Below, piece by piece: positions 62,141 through 64,000 of a stretch of DNA of 64,000 bases. Below the pieces are notes generated by a model. It searched no databases, was not told where the DNA came from, and saw nothing but the letters and a program-made list of their open reading frames with translations. Position 1 is the first letter of the stretch. Every line of letters begins with the position of its first letter. This DNA is from Candidatus Eiseniibacteriota bacterium (GTDB lineage Bacteria; Eisenbacteria; RBG-16-71-46; JABDJR01). Made by a program: the position numbers and the translations under genes. The DNA is taken from contig CAWANH010000017.1 of the NCBI GenBank assembly GCA_963783375.1, forward strand, positions 87,163-151,162. The letters run 5' to 3'.

Positions 62141-63016
62141 CGAGCCGGTTCGTCCTTCAGGCGCTCGGCCAGGAACGCGCGGACGTGGCGCCAGGCGTCC
62201 TCCGCCGCGGCCTCGTCGTACCTGGCGTTGGACGGGTTGGCGAAGGCGTGCACCGCGTCGTACCGGTAGATCCGATGCTCCACCCCGGCCTCGGTGAGCG
62301 CGTGGTCGAAGGCGGTGACGGTGTCGGGGGGAATGCTCGGATCGAGGTTTCCAAACACGCCGAGGAGCGGCGCCTGGATCTGTTTCAGCTCCGCGGGATC
62401 GGTCACCAGGTGGCCGTAGTAGACCACCGCGGCGTCCAGGCCGGGATCGTGGAGGGCGGTCTGGAGCGAATACCCGCCGCCGAAGCACCAGCCGATCACC
62501 CCGCGGCGCTCGGCCCGGATCCGGGGGTCGTCGGCCAGGAAGCGCTCCGCGGCAAGGAGCGTCTGCACCGCGCGCTCCGGATCGACCTCCTTCATGTAGG
62601 CCATGGCGGAGTCGGGGATGGTGGCCACGCGCCCGCCGTAGAGATCGACGGCGAGGGCGGCGTAACCGTCGGCGGCCAGCCGGTCCGCCCAGTGCTTGAC
62701 GTTGTCGTTCAGGCCCCACCACTCGTGGATGACCACCACCGCGGGGAGCGGCGGATCCCCGCCGGGGGGAAGGCTCAGGTACGCCCGCGCCCCGTCCACC
62801 TCGGTCATCGCGCCGTGGAGGACGGGAGGCTCTCCCTGCTTCAGCTCGTGCAGGGCCTTGAACGCGTTCTCGGAGATGATGGCGGTGTCGGGGAGCCCTG
62901 CGTTTTCGGCCGGCGGATTCGAGGCCCCGCCGGAGGAATTCGCGTCCCGGCCGCCGCCGCCGCAACCGGGAATCAGGAGAAGGGAAGAGGGCGAGGGTGG
63001 GAAGAAGACGCCGCAT
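62137..63016 (-). CDS. Dienelactone hydrolase-family lipoprotein; 1-nt frameshift in the signal peptide (~62983)
   Basis: HEWWGLN, GWCFGG, HAFANP; GGAGG plus ATG 63016 gives MRRLLPTLALF, continuing LLLIPGC in the adjacent frame. Confidence 0.88.
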
Positions 63017-63241
63017 GGCCGACCTCCAAGCAGGTGCCGTGGGTCTCGGATGGCTTTGTGACGGGGCAAGCCTAACCCGGCGGGGGGAGGGCGGCAACCG
63101 GGGGGAAGGAGCCGGATCGACGAGGCGCCGGGTGGATGGAGAGGGGCGACTCACGGCGCCGGGCGATTCATGACGCCGGGCGGTTGAGGGTGCCGGTGAA
63201 CCGGCCGTTTCGGGGCGGGCCGTTCCGGCGATCGACCTTGG

Positions 63242-63619
63242 CTACGGTCCGTCCGGAGGCGTCCAGTCGTGGAGAGCCGGCTCCACGTCGCAGAGGATGG
63301 CCACCACGACTCCGTTCGTCACCGTCACCTGGTAGTCGTCCCAGTCCTTGACGTCGCTGGAGGGGCACTCGCCGACGCGGGCGGGAAGATAGTCCCCGCC
63401 CTCGATGGTGGTCACGTTGAAGACGATGTTGACGAGCTGGTTGTCGAGCGCGTAGAGAGTGCCGGTCTCGTAGATGTTCCGCTGGTTGGAGACGCACGAA
63501 GCCCGCCGCGCGTTGTTCTGCATGCGCACGAAATTGGGGAGCGCGATGGCGGCGAGAACCCCGAGGATCACCACCACGATCATCAACTCGATCAACGTAA
63601 AGCCGCTTTGTTTCTTCAT
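63242..63619 (-). CDS. Type IV pilin / pseudopilin-like protein
   Basis: Class III signal MKKQSG/FTLIELMIVVVILGVLAAIALPNF; C.SN.R motif. Confidence 0.9.
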   Translation of the reverse strand: MKKQSGFTLIELMIVVVILGVLAAIALPNFVRMQNNARRASCVSNQRNIYETGTLYALDNQLVNIVFNVTTIEGGDYLPARVGECPSSDVKDWDDYQVTVTNGVVVAILCDVEPALHDWTPPDGP

Positions 63620-63657
63620 GGCTCACTTCCGTGGAACGTACGGTCTGCAGTCTTGAA

Positions 63658-63673
63658 AGCAGGGAGCGTGCCA
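63658..63673 (-). promoter_or_regulatory. Sigma-54 (-24/-12) promoter of the pilin gene
   Basis: TGGCACGCTCCCTGCT matches TGGCACG-N4-(T/C)TGC, ~40 bp upstream of the ATG. Confidence 0.75.
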
Positions 63674-64000
63674 GTTTCGAATCTGTTGCTTGGATGTTAT
63701 CGTCCAGCTAACACGTTGCGATCACGCGTGTTGCTGGGTGGGTGGCCCGGACGGCGCCGCCGTCCGGTGGCCAACCGGGGTCCCTCTCGTGCGTTTCCCA
63801 CGGTCGGATGCAACCTGCAACGCGAGCGGGGCGCCGGGGGGGGGCGGCTCACGGTTACCCGGGCGGCGGTGTACCCGGGTGTTCGGTCGGGGAGCCCGAA
63901 GGAAAGGTGGACCCGGGTACCCGGGAACGCTCCCGGCTCACGGTTCCCTGGGACCTCTAGTTGGGCGGGGTCGACGCGGGACCCGGACGGTGGTGTACCC

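Overview
Very GC-rich chromosomal window from a diderm bacterium. A large FlgD-Ig-tailed secreted protein and several Ser/Thr-linker lipoproteins suggest an FCB-associated lineage such as Eisenbacteria, but that is inference only. Most of the window is housekeeping or accessory genes: an ABC-2 exporter divergent from clpB, a CPBP protease, a Ser/Thr kinase-TPR, a VPS10/BNR protein, a THUMP methyltransferase, an oxidoreductase/GT-C/GT2 operon, a BamA-like protein, a class V aminotransferase, ada, asnB, a complete 13-gene nuo operon (fused nuoCD), a spermidine-synthase-like fusion, a trypsin-like lipoprotein protease, DUF423/DUF72, an eRF1-like release factor, a Zn-ADH, an egtD/betaine-type ABC operon and a sigma-54 pilin. 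I found no rRNA, tRNA, transposase, integrase, cas gene or true CRISPR array. About seven apparent frameshifts point to long-read assembly errors. The most unusual items are: (1) a ~1.3 kb non-coding repeat complex at 14.47-15.70 kb, with an 88-bp triple tandem repeat and a mosaic array of CCCGGG-centred palindromes; (2) a protease gene followed by a lipoprotein that is a free-standing copy of the protease's own N-terminal domain; (3) egtD without egtB, translationally coupled to a betaine/ergothioneine-type importer and a hydrolase lipoprotein; (4) a PCD-like domain lacking its catalytic histidines fused to DinB. All family calls come from motif recognition by eye; no searches were run.
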